57,533 nucleotides of DNA from a virus (taxonomy: Duplodnaviria; Caudoviricetes), in IMG/VR virus record IMGVR_UViG_3300044724_006087, positions 1 through 57,533 of that record; one strand, written 5' to 3'. Within the stretch, counting starts at the first letter, position 1, and each line of letters begins with the position of its first letter. Below are positions 48,801-56,700 of this stretch, piece after piece. Position numbers and translations under genes: made by a program. The notes under the pieces were generated by a model. The model saw only the letters and a list, made by a program, of their open reading frames with translations. It was not told where the DNA came from and did no database searches.

Positions 48801-50753
48801 AAACAGTATGAAGGTGCATTCAATAAACAATACGAAGGATTCTTTATCGGATACTTTAACAAACAATATGAAGGTGCATTTATTGGCCAATATGTTAAAA
48901 CATATGTAGGACAATATACTGGACAATATACAAAAACTTATCTAGGTCAATACGAAGGAACTTTTGAAGGAGTTTATAATAAGGGTTACGAGGGAACATA
49001 TAATAAACAATATGAGGGACAATTTGCAGGTTCTAGAACATATGCTGGACAGTATGGTAAAAACTATCAGAAACTTTATAACGTAGCATATGTGAAACAA
49101 TACTTAGGACAGTTTGAAGGAACAAGAACATATACAGGACAATATACAGCTCAGTATGAAGGCGCGTTTAACAAAACTTATGTAAGTGTAAACTACCAAA
49201 GAGCTTATGCTAAACTATGGGCTGGATCAAGAACTTACGATGGCACGTATACAGGATACTATGAAGGGTTCTTTAACAAAACATATACTAAAGCATATGA
49301 AGGTGTTTACACTGGATACTATGAAGGAGTTTATGTAGGTGGTCAAAGTTATCAAGGTGTATATGCTGGAGTATATGAAGGAACATTTAATAAGACATAT
49401 GTAGGTCATTACGAAAAAGCATATGTTGGTCAATACGAAGGAACCTTTGAAGGAACGTTCAACAAAGAGTATATTGGTTCTTATACTAAAACTTATACAG
49501 GACAATATACAAAACATTGGGAAGGAGCTTTTGATAAACAGTTTGAGGGTGCGTTCAACAGAGCTTATGAAGGAGCATTTGTAGGACAATACACTAAGAC
49601 ATATGTTGGACAATATGTTGGTCAGTATACTAAAACATATCTTGGATTATATGAAGGACAATTTGAAGGCGCATTCAATAGAGAGTATTCTGGTACTTGG
49701 TTAAAAGCATATAGTAAAGAATACGAAGGAACATTTACAGGATACTATTCTAAAAACTTTGAAGGTGCGTTTGTAGGAGTATATGAGAAACAATATGAAG
49801 GTGAGTTTACTAAAAACTTTGTAGCAGCCTATGCAGGACTATACACTGGACAATATACTAAAACATACATTGGACAATACAGTCAACAATTTGAAGGTAT
49901 ATTTAATAAACAGTATGAAGGTGTGTTTGAAGGATACTATAACAAAACTTATGAAGGCCAATACACAGGTCAATACACAAAGACATATATTGGACAATAT
50001 ACAAAACAATGGGAAGGAGCATTCAATAGAGAATACTCTGGTACTTGGTTAAAAGCATATAGTAAAGAATACGAAGGAACATTTGATAAAACATATGTTG
50101 GCGTATATACAAAACTATATGTTGGAAACTATGATAAAGAATACGAAGGTGCATATACAGGTCAATACACTAAAACATATGTAGGCCAATATACTGGACA
50201 ATATACAAAAACCTATATTGGTCAATATAGTAGACAATTTGAAGGTGCTTTTGATAAAGCATATGAAGGAATATATGTTGGTAACTTCCAAAAAGTATGG
50301 GCAGGACAATACACAGGTCAATATACTAAGACTTACTTAGGATTATATGAAGGTCAATTTGAAGGAACCTTCCAAAGACAATATGTCGGTACGTATTTAA
50401 AAATATATGCTAAAGAATATGAAGGCACGTTTACTGGATACTATACACAAAACTTCCAAAAAGAATATACGGGTATCTTCACTAAAACATATGAAGGTGC
50501 ATATGGAAGTGTATTTGAAGGAATTTATACAAAAGACTATGCAAGGTTATGGGAAGGTTCTTTCAATAAGGATTATACAAAAACATACATTGGTCAATAT
50601 ACTAAAGAATATCAAAAAGAATATACTGGTCAATATGAAGGCAACTATGTGAAGTCTTATACAGGTCAATACGATCACTTGTGGTCAGGATTAACTATAG
50701 ATAATACTACGGAGAATATATCTACAATTAAATTGTGGTTAAGAGTAGCTTAA
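42816..50753 (+). CDS. giant mirror-symmetric Tyr-tetrapeptide repeat protein (2645 aa); predicted virion fibre
   Basis: Uninterrupted 7.9-kb ORF: 251-aa N-terminal domain, ~280 YxxX units, ~100-aa Pro/Gly tip, ~280 units, then a short C-terminal strand. Late promoter upstream; lies in the fibre module. Confidence 0.85.
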   Translation: MGNPLKIKETVGGTFLGLQEMQTTEMDYAVHQILTEFSTSLTGSGTININGDGTSMGSFSDTTRTGSVGDHPVDSTAFSTSTYTLKQNLESVAETSMINPLFLNDSGYAAEHSNNLNSTLISRALSNLVSNGLGSYYLSESNPNTSLYSDSGYSILDTNKAGTTTFKLWRKTTGVSAPSTVRTAQIYNNSSIQEMSDADIKTLAARLRNQIVATGIGQYKLSASNPAGAGETWIQVGSTVTDTRNTVSQQTYSATYEGVFNKTYAGLYEGVYNKQYLAQYEGSFDKNYTKTYLGQYEAVYQKAYVGQYGTTFIGHYNKQYEGVFNKQYEGAFEGVYTGVYVKQYQGQYEGNYLKSYLGQYGQQFEGSFDKQYEGVYEGYFNAVYSRQFTGAYTKTYLGQYEGTFEGAFNKQYEGVFEGYYNKTYEGVYTGTYVKTYLGEYQKEYSGEYVKTYTGVYVKQYVGQYEDVYLKTYLGQYDNVYEGSFDKQYEGVYTGQYTKTYVGQYTGQYTKSYVGQYEGQFEGAFDKQYEGIYEGYYNKAYEGNFLGQYTKAYEGSFTKQFEGAFEGVYAGVYVKQYIGQYEDVYLKTYVGQYGRQFEGAFDKQYEGSFEGYYNKTYEGIYVGVYTKQYMGLYTGTFLGQYDNIYEGTFDKAYLGNYTKTYTGQYSRQFEGVFTKQYEGNYVKSYDGQYEGLFTGDFSGTAAFTGVYAGNYSGTYTKNYIKTYAGSYEGTYDGSRTYTGQYAAQYQKAYIGNWTKTYLGQYTKQWTGTRTYTGQYSQNFDKIYLGINYTRQYLKQYAGERTYNAQYTGQYTKTYTGVYTKSYVGQYSQQFEGAFNKQYEGVFEGYYTKNYEGVYLGNYTKAYVGQYDRLFIKTYIGTYQQAYTGNYTRHYLKAYTGIYLRNFLKQYVGQYTKHYTKAYQKAYQKQWTGVYERIYSGQYATNYLKAYQKAWVGQYDRVWTGVYNTNYAKQYTGNYDNQFSGTYTTNYTKQYSTNYLQQYTGNYDNQFSGTYTTNYTKQYATNYLKAYQKAWVGQYDRVWTGVYTTNYAKQYTGNYDNQFSGTYTTNYTKAYAGNYEKLYSGTYTSNYVKQYSTNYTKTYAGNYDRAYTGQYSTNYLQQYTGNYDRVYAGNYTKTYAGNYDKVYTGYYSSTYTGYYNTNYQKAYTGNYDRVYAGQYATTYTGYYNTNYQRQYTGTYNTNYLKQYTGQYTKTYSGQYSTQFSGTYGTNYLKQYTGNYDRAYSGQYSTQFSGTYGTNYLKQYTGNYERQYAGQYATTYSGQYSTNYLKQYTGQYTRTYTGYYSTTYTGYYNTNYLKQYTGYYATNYTKQYTGQYTANYVRHYTGYYSTNYTKHYAGQYATNYTREYSGQYATTYTGYYTGSFTGYYDNSFQSILPGAFFNSGLSYVAGLGTGFISVFPGEPGFPPSPATFTTSFTGFAAYYLGISGPQGYTQLGGKISYQGPGGPEQYLAYWNTVVTGNVYQANYQGPSLPGPTYTRAFAGTYSRAFTGNYTKQYTGYYATNYTRQYTGYYATNYTRAYAGQYTTNYSRQYSGTYATNYQRDYAGQYGTNYTRAYAGNYVRDYAGNYDRQYSGTYGTNYTRQYTGNYTRQYTGNYTKLYSGTYGTNFLKQYTGQYTQQYTGNYTKTYSGTYGTNYLKQYTGQYTKQYTGNYERQYSGTYGTNFTKSYSGQYATNYTKAYAGNYTRQYTGNYTNLYSGTYTTNYTKAYAGNYVKDFAGNYTKTYTGYYDSVYTGNYTKTYTGQYGTNYTKQYTGSYTKTYTGYYDTNYLKQYSTTYQKAYTGNYTRVYTGYYDTNYQKAYSGQYTKTYTGQYTTNFQKAYTGNYTNIYGGTYQAYYTINYTKQYSTNYQKAYTGQYTKTYSGQYGTNYTKQYSTNYQKAYTGQYTKTYSGQYTTNFQKAYTGNYTNIYGGTYQAYYTINYTKQYTGNYAKQYTGQFTRDYTTNYEKQYATTYEGIYGKNYEGQFSGTYNKQYDKVYEGTFTKQYEGAFNKQYEGFFIGYFNKQYEGAFIGQYVKTYVGQYTGQYTKTYLGQYEGTFEGVYNKGYEGTYNKQYEGQFAGSRTYAGQYGKNYQKLYNVAYVKQYLGQFEGTRTYTGQYTAQYEGAFNKTYVSVNYQRAYAKLWAGSRTYDGTYTGYYEGFFNKTYTKAYEGVYTGYYEGVYVGGQSYQGVYAGVYEGTFNKTYVGHYEKAYVGQYEGTFEGTFNKEYIGSYTKTYTGQYTKHWEGAFDKQFEGAFNRAYEGAFVGQYTKTYVGQYVGQYTKTYLGLYEGQFEGAFNREYSGTWLKAYSKEYEGTFTGYYSKNFEGAFVGVYEKQYEGEFTKNFVAAYAGLYTGQYTKTYIGQYSQQFEGIFNKQYEGVFEGYYNKTYEGQYTGQYTKTYIGQYTKQWEGAFNREYSGTWLKAYSKEYEGTFDKTYVGVYTKLYVGNYDKEYEGAYTGQYTKTYVGQYTGQYTKTYIGQYSRQFEGAFDKAYEGIYVGNFQKVWAGQYTGQYTKTYLGLYEGQFEGTFQRQYVGTYLKIYAKEYEGTFTGYYTQNFQKEYTGIFTKTYEGAYGSVFEGIYTKDYARLWEGSFNKDYTKTYIGQYTKEYQKEYTGQYEGNYVKSYTGQYDHLWSGLTIDNTTENISTIKLWLRVA
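43569..46979 (+). repeat. left arm: degenerate 12-bp (tetrapeptide) tandem repeat
   Basis: TAY/TTY/TGG codon every 12 nt from YSAT to FQSI, with a few 5- or 6-residue bulged units. Confidence 0.9.
47283..50693 (+). repeat. right arm: degenerate 12-bp (tetrapeptide) tandem repeat, mirror of the left arm
   Basis: Same periodicity from YTRA to WSGL; 3411 nt, the same as the left arm under my boundary choice. Confidence 0.9.
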
Positions 50754-50756
50754 CTG

Positions 50757-50785
50757 TTGACCTTATAAATAAAAGCATATATAAT
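50757..50785 (+). promoter_or_regulatory. composite sigma70-like and late promoter
   Basis: TTGACC-17 nt-TATAAT, with an exact TATAAATA (50764-50771) inside the spacer. Confidence 0.7.
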
Positions 50786-50813
50786 TAACAACATTCAACG
50801 CGTGAGATAAATT

Positions 50814-51350
50814 ATGACAGAAGAAACTAAAGTAGCAAAAGTACCTCCTGGGATGGAAATAAAGCGTCCTGAATCTATATCAGAAACAAAACCATTAATT
50901 AATGTAAAAGATTTTGACTTAGATCCAAACTTACCTATTATTCAATATCCTCATTATACCAATAATGCTAAAACAGAATTGGCTTGTCTTTTAGTAAGAC
51001 CTGATGGTGCAGCAACAAAAGAATCAAGAATTCCTAGAGATGAAAAACATCCTCTTTATAGAGATATTAAAAGACAGTTTACTGAAGAAGAAATTATTAT
51101 TAATACTCAAAGAGAAGTTCAAATATCAAAAGCTATGACAAAGTCTCTTGAAGAGAAAAAAGCTCAAGATGATAGAGAAATGATAAGAAGCAAGCTGTGG
51201 GAAATTAAAAGTACATTTATGGATATGGACGAAGTAAAGAACAGTGAGAACAAAACATTAAAACGTAACTTGAGAAAAGCTACAAGTTATTATCAAGCAC
51301 TAGCTTATGGCTGTGCAATTATTATTGAGGAATCTAATAAAAGTGAATAG
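50814..51350 (+). CDS. hypothetical protein (possible fibre assembly factor)
   Basis: 178-aa ORF directly after the giant gene, with a helical, charged C-half. Function is inferred from position only. Confidence 0.7.
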   Translation: MTEETKVAKVPPGMEIKRPESISETKPLINVKDFDLDPNLPIIQYPHYTNNAKTELACLLVRPDGAATKESRIPRDEKHPLYRDIKRQFTEEEIIINTQREVQISKAMTKSLEEKKAQDDREMIRSKLWEIKSTFMDMDEVKNSENKTLKRNLRKATSYYQALAYGCAIIIEESNKSE

Positions 51351-52179
51351 AGGCTATTTAATGGTAGCCACTTTATCAAAACCTTTTTATGATGCCGCAA
51401 TAATGGCTGCAGAAAGTCTTATTGATGAAGTGCCTGATGCTAAGATTTGTTTTTTTACACATGAAGATTGGCTGGAAGAAAGACACAAACATTTGTTTGA
51501 TAAAATTGTAACACCAGTACCAGTACATTGTAGAACAAAATTATGGGCATTACCTCAAACACCATATGATCAAACCATTTATTTGGATGTTGATATTTTT
51601 GTGTTAAGTAATGAGATAGAAGAGGTATGGGATCATTTAGGAGATCATGATGTTGTGATGTCAGAAAATAGACCATACAATGCTAAAGTAGTTTACTTCA
51701 GTCATGATGAACAAGAAGGTCCTGGTGTACCAGGACGAGAGTTGCAGCATTTTAATCCTGAACATATTAAGCTATATAAAGAAGGCAAGGCTCATAAGTT
51801 TAGATGGCATTGTGGAATGTTTGCGTATAATAAAAATGAACGTACACAAGAACTATGGCATCATTGGTTAAAGTGGTATAAGAAACATACCGTTGAAAAA
51901 GATACAAGTCCATTTCCTAAGGGACTAATGTATTGGGATACTTTTGCATTCTGGAGAGCTTTATATGAGCAAAAAGAACTAGCAGATAAATTAGATATTG
52001 TTAGACTACCAAACGATGCAAAGTATAATTTTGTAACAGGATATAGAGAAACAGAACTTAGAAGTGGTCATGAAAAAGCAGTATTGCATTATACTATAGA
52101 CCCAAAAGAAGTTAAAAGAGGATATACATATGAAGCAGATATTGACACTGAATACGGATCTTTTACAGATCTTAAATAA
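51307..52179 (+). CDS. glycosyltransferase (GT-A, GT8-like)
   Basis: 'A..AAESL', 'RTKLWALPQTPYDQTIYLDVD' (DxD), 'HCGMF', 'WDTFAFW', 'VLHYT'. GTG 51343 is a likely alternative start. Confidence 0.8.
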   Translation: MAVQLLLRNLIKVNRGYLMVATLSKPFYDAAIMAAESLIDEVPDAKICFFTHEDWLEERHKHLFDKIVTPVPVHCRTKLWALPQTPYDQTIYLDVDIFVLSNEIEEVWDHLGDHDVVMSENRPYNAKVVYFSHDEQEGPGVPGRELQHFNPEHIKLYKEGKAHKFRWHCGMFAYNKNERTQELWHHWLKWYKKHTVEKDTSPFPKGLMYWDTFAFWRALYEQKELADKLDIVRLPNDAKYNFVTGYRETELRSGHEKAVLHYTIDPKEVKRGYTYEADIDTEYGSFTDLK

Positions 52180-52843
52180 ATACAGTACATTTATTTCTGA
52201 AAACAGACCTGATGAAAAACTTCCTAACTGGAAGACTAAAGGTAAATTTAAACGTGAAGATAGAGCTGAGTTTTCTACATCATTAGAATGTTTAAAAAGT
52301 ATGAACCATGATACTCATGATGGCTTTCCGCCAGATAGTTTTGGTTATGATATGAATGAACCAACATTAAGAAAAACATTACAACACGAAGGAGATAGAT
52401 TTACTCCTGATGAAAAGAAATGGATTCAAACATATATTGAAAAATCTCAAGAACTTGATGATGAGTTAGGTACATATATTGGTTATAAGTTTTGTGCACT
52501 AAAAATGTTTTATCCAGAAGACGGTTATATTGCTTGGCATACTAATTGGAATGTACCAGGATTTAATTGTCTATTTACTTGGAATCCAACGGGCGAAGGA
52601 TATTGGAGAAACCTAGACAGTTCAGAAGAAGAGCCTGGATCAATAATTCCAGATCCAGACACCAAGCTAGTTCATATGCAAGATCCAATTGGATGGCATT
52701 GCAAATTAGGATACTATGGTAAAAAAGAAGAACATAATAAAATAATGTGGCATTCAGCATATGGCGGTCCTAGAATTACTTTGGGATGGGTTGTATTTGA
52801 TGAAAACATATGGGCAGACATTGTAGATGAACTTACGAACTGA
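52130..52843 (+). CDS. cupin/DSBH-fold oxygenase-like protein
   Basis: 'FYPEDGYIAWHTNWN', 'MWHSAY...RITLG' fit an H-x-N...H metal triad and the R.t.g DSBH end strand. Confidence 0.6.
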   Translation: MKQILTLNTDLLQILNKYSTFISENRPDEKLPNWKTKGKFKREDRAEFSTSLECLKSMNHDTHDGFPPDSFGYDMNEPTLRKTLQHEGDRFTPDEKKWIQTYIEKSQELDDELGTYIGYKFCALKMFYPEDGYIAWHTNWNVPGFNCLFTWNPTGEGYWRNLDSSEEEPGSIIPDPDTKLVHMQDPIGWHCKLGYYGKKEEHNKIMWHSAYGGPRITLGWVVFDENIWADIVDELTN

Positions 52844-53156
52844 TTACAAGTACGCATTAGTAGAAGAGTATAAAACATATTGGAATGCTTATATGGAAGC
52901 TAATGAATTCTATAGTGATCTACTTGGACTAGGAACTGTATTTACAAGACATTTTTTCAGAAGAAAACAACAAGCAAAAGGTCAAACAGGTATTACTGAA
53001 ATTCAACTTATTGATCAAAATACTTTGTGGTTTATTACATACGGTAAAACAAAAAGAGCTTTAGATTGTTTAATAGACTTTAATGAAAAAGAAATATCAA
53101 GACTAGCAGAAGATAATAGGATAATGACAGAAAGAAAGATTATCCCTTTGAAGTAG
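52827..53156 (+). CDS. hypothetical protein (109 aa)
   Basis: Overlaps the stop of the preceding gene; last gene of the cassette. Confidence 0.6.
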   Translation: MNLRTDYKYALVEEYKTYWNAYMEANEFYSDLLGLGTVFTRHFFRRKQQAKGQTGITEIQLIDQNTLWFITYGKTKRALDCLIDFNEKEISRLAEDNRIMTERKIIPLK

Positions 53157-53176
53157 CCTGTCAATCTACCCTTTGT

Positions 53177-53184
53177 TATAAATA
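53177..53184 (+). promoter_or_regulatory. T4-type late promoter
   Basis: Exact TATAAATA followed by an AGGAG RBS and the ATG at 53210. Confidence 0.75.
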
Positions 53185-53209
53185 CTTCAGTATATGTAGG
53201 AGTATTTAG

Positions 53210-53539
53210 ATGGCAACTAGAGTTAATATTCTAATAGACCAAGGTACTGACTTTACAACGTCAGTAAATTTAACAGACAGTAATGGAGCACAGTTAGATT
53301 TAACTGGAATGACTGCCGCTTCGCAAATTAGAAAAACTCATTCATCATCTAATGCAACCAGCTTTACTACAGCCCTAGCTAACAATACGGGCACACTTAC
53401 TCTTTCACTTAACAACTCAGTGACATCTAGCCTTAGTGCTGGAAGATATGTATATGATGTAGAGTTGACTGATTCCTCAAGTGTAGTATCAAGAATACTA
53501 GAAGGAATAGTAACAGTAACACCGGAGGTAACCAGATAA
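53210..53539 (+). CDS. small virion structural protein (Ig/BppU-like)
   Basis: 'NILIDQGTDF', 'DLTG..AASQIRK', 'L.AGRYVYDVEL', 'RILEG.VTVTPEVTR'. Confidence 0.8.
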   Translation: MATRVNILIDQGTDFTTSVNLTDSNGAQLDLTGMTAASQIRKTHSSSNATSFTTALANNTGTLTLSLNNSVTSSLSAGRYVYDVELTDSSSVVSRILEGIVTVTPEVTR

Positions 53540-53787
53540 TGGCTAATACTCTATTCAATCAAACTTCATCTAATATCAAAGTAAGTATAGGCGGAAGTGG
53601 TGGCATACAAGGCGCTACAAGTTCTAACACAATAACATTGACAGGGAGCAGTTCAGGAAAAAATAAGATTGCTGATATGCTTGATGTTAATGACTCAACA
53701 GAAGTAGATGGAGGTACATTAGTATACGATGCCGCGGCAGACGAATATGTCTTAAAAGCATTGCCAATTGATGGAGGCACATTCTAG
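53539..53787 (+). CDS. small structural protein
   Basis: 'DMLDV.....DGGTLVYDA' and C-terminal 'IDGGTF' are typical of fibre-associated proteins. Confidence 0.7.
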   Translation: MANTLFNQTSSNIKVSIGGSGGIQGATSSNTITLTGSSSGKNKIADMLDVNDSTEVDGGTLVYDAAADEYVLKALPIDGGTF

Positions 53788-56700
53788 TGTCAAATACTGT
53801 TGTACAAATTAAAAGAAGTAATACTACAGCCACTCCGGCTAATTTAGTCTATGGTGAATTAGCCTATTCATTAGTTAGTAATAATTTATTCATTGGAACA
53901 GATGCTAACACTGTCATTAAGATTGGCGGTGGAAGTGACGTTGCTTTACTCAATGTAACTCCAGGTATACTTACAAACAGTGCAGCATTAGTAGTTAACA
54001 GTACTGGTGGAGTAGACACATTAACAGTAGGTACATTTACTGTAGACTCTCAGACATCAGAAAACTTAGATGTAACGCAAAACGTAACTGCTAATATCTT
54101 TACTTCAAATACTATAACATCTGGTAATGGTAATTTTACAGATGTAAACGTATCTAATACATTAACAGTAAACGGAGATATAGTTTTAAGAGGCGATAAC
54201 ATTTCACTTGGTGATGGTGGAGATGTTATATCATTAGGTGCATCAGTCAATAATAATATTGTGCCTACAACAGATGATACTTTTACATTAGGAACATCAT
54301 CACAAAATTACAAAACAGTTTTTGCAAATCAAGTCACATTAGGCTCTGCACCATCAAATGATACTGATGCAGCTACAAAAGCATATGTAGATAACGTAAG
54401 CGCATCATTGATAGGTAACGCTATTTCTATTGGCGTTCCAACAGATGGAATATTTGCTAATGGACAAGGTTCAGGAAATATAGAAGGCGCAGTAACATCA
54501 TTATCAAATACAACAAGTGTTGCTGATGCTATTGATTCTATGAACGAAGTAATGTTCAACATACATCAACAAACATATGTACGTGACGTAGTAGTAACAT
54601 GTACATCAGGAAACACAGGTGGTGCACCTTTAACTGCAACACTAACAATTAATGTCGTTGGAAACGCCAACGCATTTGATATCAACTGGGGGGATGGTAG
54701 TTATACCAACAATACGTCTGATTCGACGCCATCTCATACTTATACTGATAACACCAACTCCCCTTTCGATATTACTGTAACAGCTAAAAACACTGGAGCA
54801 TTAGGTGAGGGTAATTCAGCATCTCAATCAGTTACAGATTTAATTACATTGTACACAGCAGATCCAAATGCTGACTTTGATATCTATAATGTATCATCAG
54901 GAGGCTCAGAGATTACTGAGGCAAATACAAATGAAATTATTTACTTGGATAACGAAACAACTAACGCAAATGACGTTACAGCAACTTTCTTTATTCGTTG
55001 GGGTGATGGTAGTAATGATTCCGTTGCCAACACAAGCGTCGCAGGTGGAACACAAGGAGACAGAATCTCACATACATACACATCTGGGACTGGTACGGGG
55101 TCAAACACCATACAGTTATCAATCAACACACATTCGACAGCAGATCCGTCTGCATTGCCAGACACAGCATCGAAAACAATTAAAATCTTCGATACATCGA
55201 TTGCAGCACCAGAAGGACTGTCGGGCAAATCATTCAGCCTTACTTCTTCATCCGTTGGCAGTTCACCGAAGCTCGCACAGGGACATATCGATCATTCTTC
55301 AGAGAGTACACTCGGAGAGGGAGATTCTGTTACAAGATATACCACTACAGGAGCAATCGAAACAAGTGGAGAAGCAAACTCACAAGTAGTATACAATGCT
55401 GGTGCAGGAGCTTTATCAGCTATAGTAGATGGTGCTGTTGATGGAACTATAAACTTTACATCTGGTGATGATACAGGTTCAAATGCATCAGTAGTAGTTG
55501 TAGATGAATTAGATTTCTATAACTTTGATAACTTAGGTAGATCAATTAGTTCAGCTAACAGAAGATATGCACCAGGATTATATAGTGGATTCAGAGCAAG
55601 AATATCTAAGTCTAGTGTAGCAACAGGTTTACACACATACAAACTATCTCATAGCACAGCAGGTAATACTTCTGTATTACAATTTGTAAAAGACAACTTA
55701 ACAGGAACACCAGTAGTAAACTTAAGTGGAACTACCGTGACACAGAATTCTGCAGGTACGTTAGCGTACGTGTCCGGTATTCCTTATTATACAAATGATG
55801 CAACTATTAATGTTGTAGGTGCATTAGTAAGCAATGTTGCTGGACAAACATATAAAGATGATAGTACTCCTTTTAATTTTTATAGTGGTACTAATGTTGA
55901 AGGAGATAGTGGTTCAGCTTTCTCAACACAAACTAAGGATTATACGATTCTACCACCAGGTTCATTAAGTAGCGGCAAACCAAAAGCCAATACTGGGGTA
56001 GGTGCAAATGTAACAATTGATACATTTCAATTATCAGTCAATGGTGGAGGCCGTAGAGTAGAAGGCTTTGCCATGAATATGGAGAACGTAAATGGAGCGG
56101 GAGCAAACGTACAGTATGCGAATACCAAAATTGCCGTCTATAATGGAACTTCCAGTGGTGTTAATGAATCTAGTATTCCAGTATCTGATAGCTTGGGTGC
56201 TGGTTTCGATACAGATGGTTTAAGAATTGTAACTGGATGGTCTGGATCAACTCCAACATTTAATAGCGGTCAAGATTATTATGCATCTAACAATTGGTCA
56301 GGTGCAGTAACTATTGCAGGAACAGATGAAGCAGTAGTTAGATATGGAAATCTACAACACTATGATACAGACTTATCTAGTGGATACTTACCAGTTGGAC
56401 CAGATTTGAATACAGGTAGATCAGGTTCACAATACTTTAGATTTGCATTTAAAAGAACTACAATGTCTAACTTTACTGTGAAACTAACTGGTAAGGTTTC
56501 TGGTTTCTTTATTGCAGCACCTAATACAGACATTGATGATACATCAGATTCTAATGGTTGGTTAAATGCATCAGCAACATATGCAGGTGCTGGTACTCCA
56601 GGAGCAAATACAACAGCTGGAGGTAACGGATCTGATGGTTGTGCATTTACATCTGGTGATAGAATTATAGATGGAACAACATATAGCAATCAAGGATTTA

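Noticed and set aside
44124-50652. Many short alternative-frame ORFs within the giant repeat gene
   Set aside because: They are by-products of the periodic sequence; the translations are low-complexity and have no initiation signals.
43569-50693. CRISPR array or non-coding satellite
   Set aside because: There is no constant repeat with unique spacers. The period is 12 nt, variation is largely synonymous, and one frame stays open for 7.9 kb.
43569-50693. DNA-level inverted repeat or invertible segment as the cause of the mirror symmetry
   Set aside because: Both arms read Tyr-first units on the same strand and are not reverse complements. No invertase is visible.
39244-50753. Diversity-generating retroelement acting on the TAY/AAY-rich repeats
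   Set aside because: There is no reverse transcriptase in the window and no template/variable repeat pair differing only at adenines.
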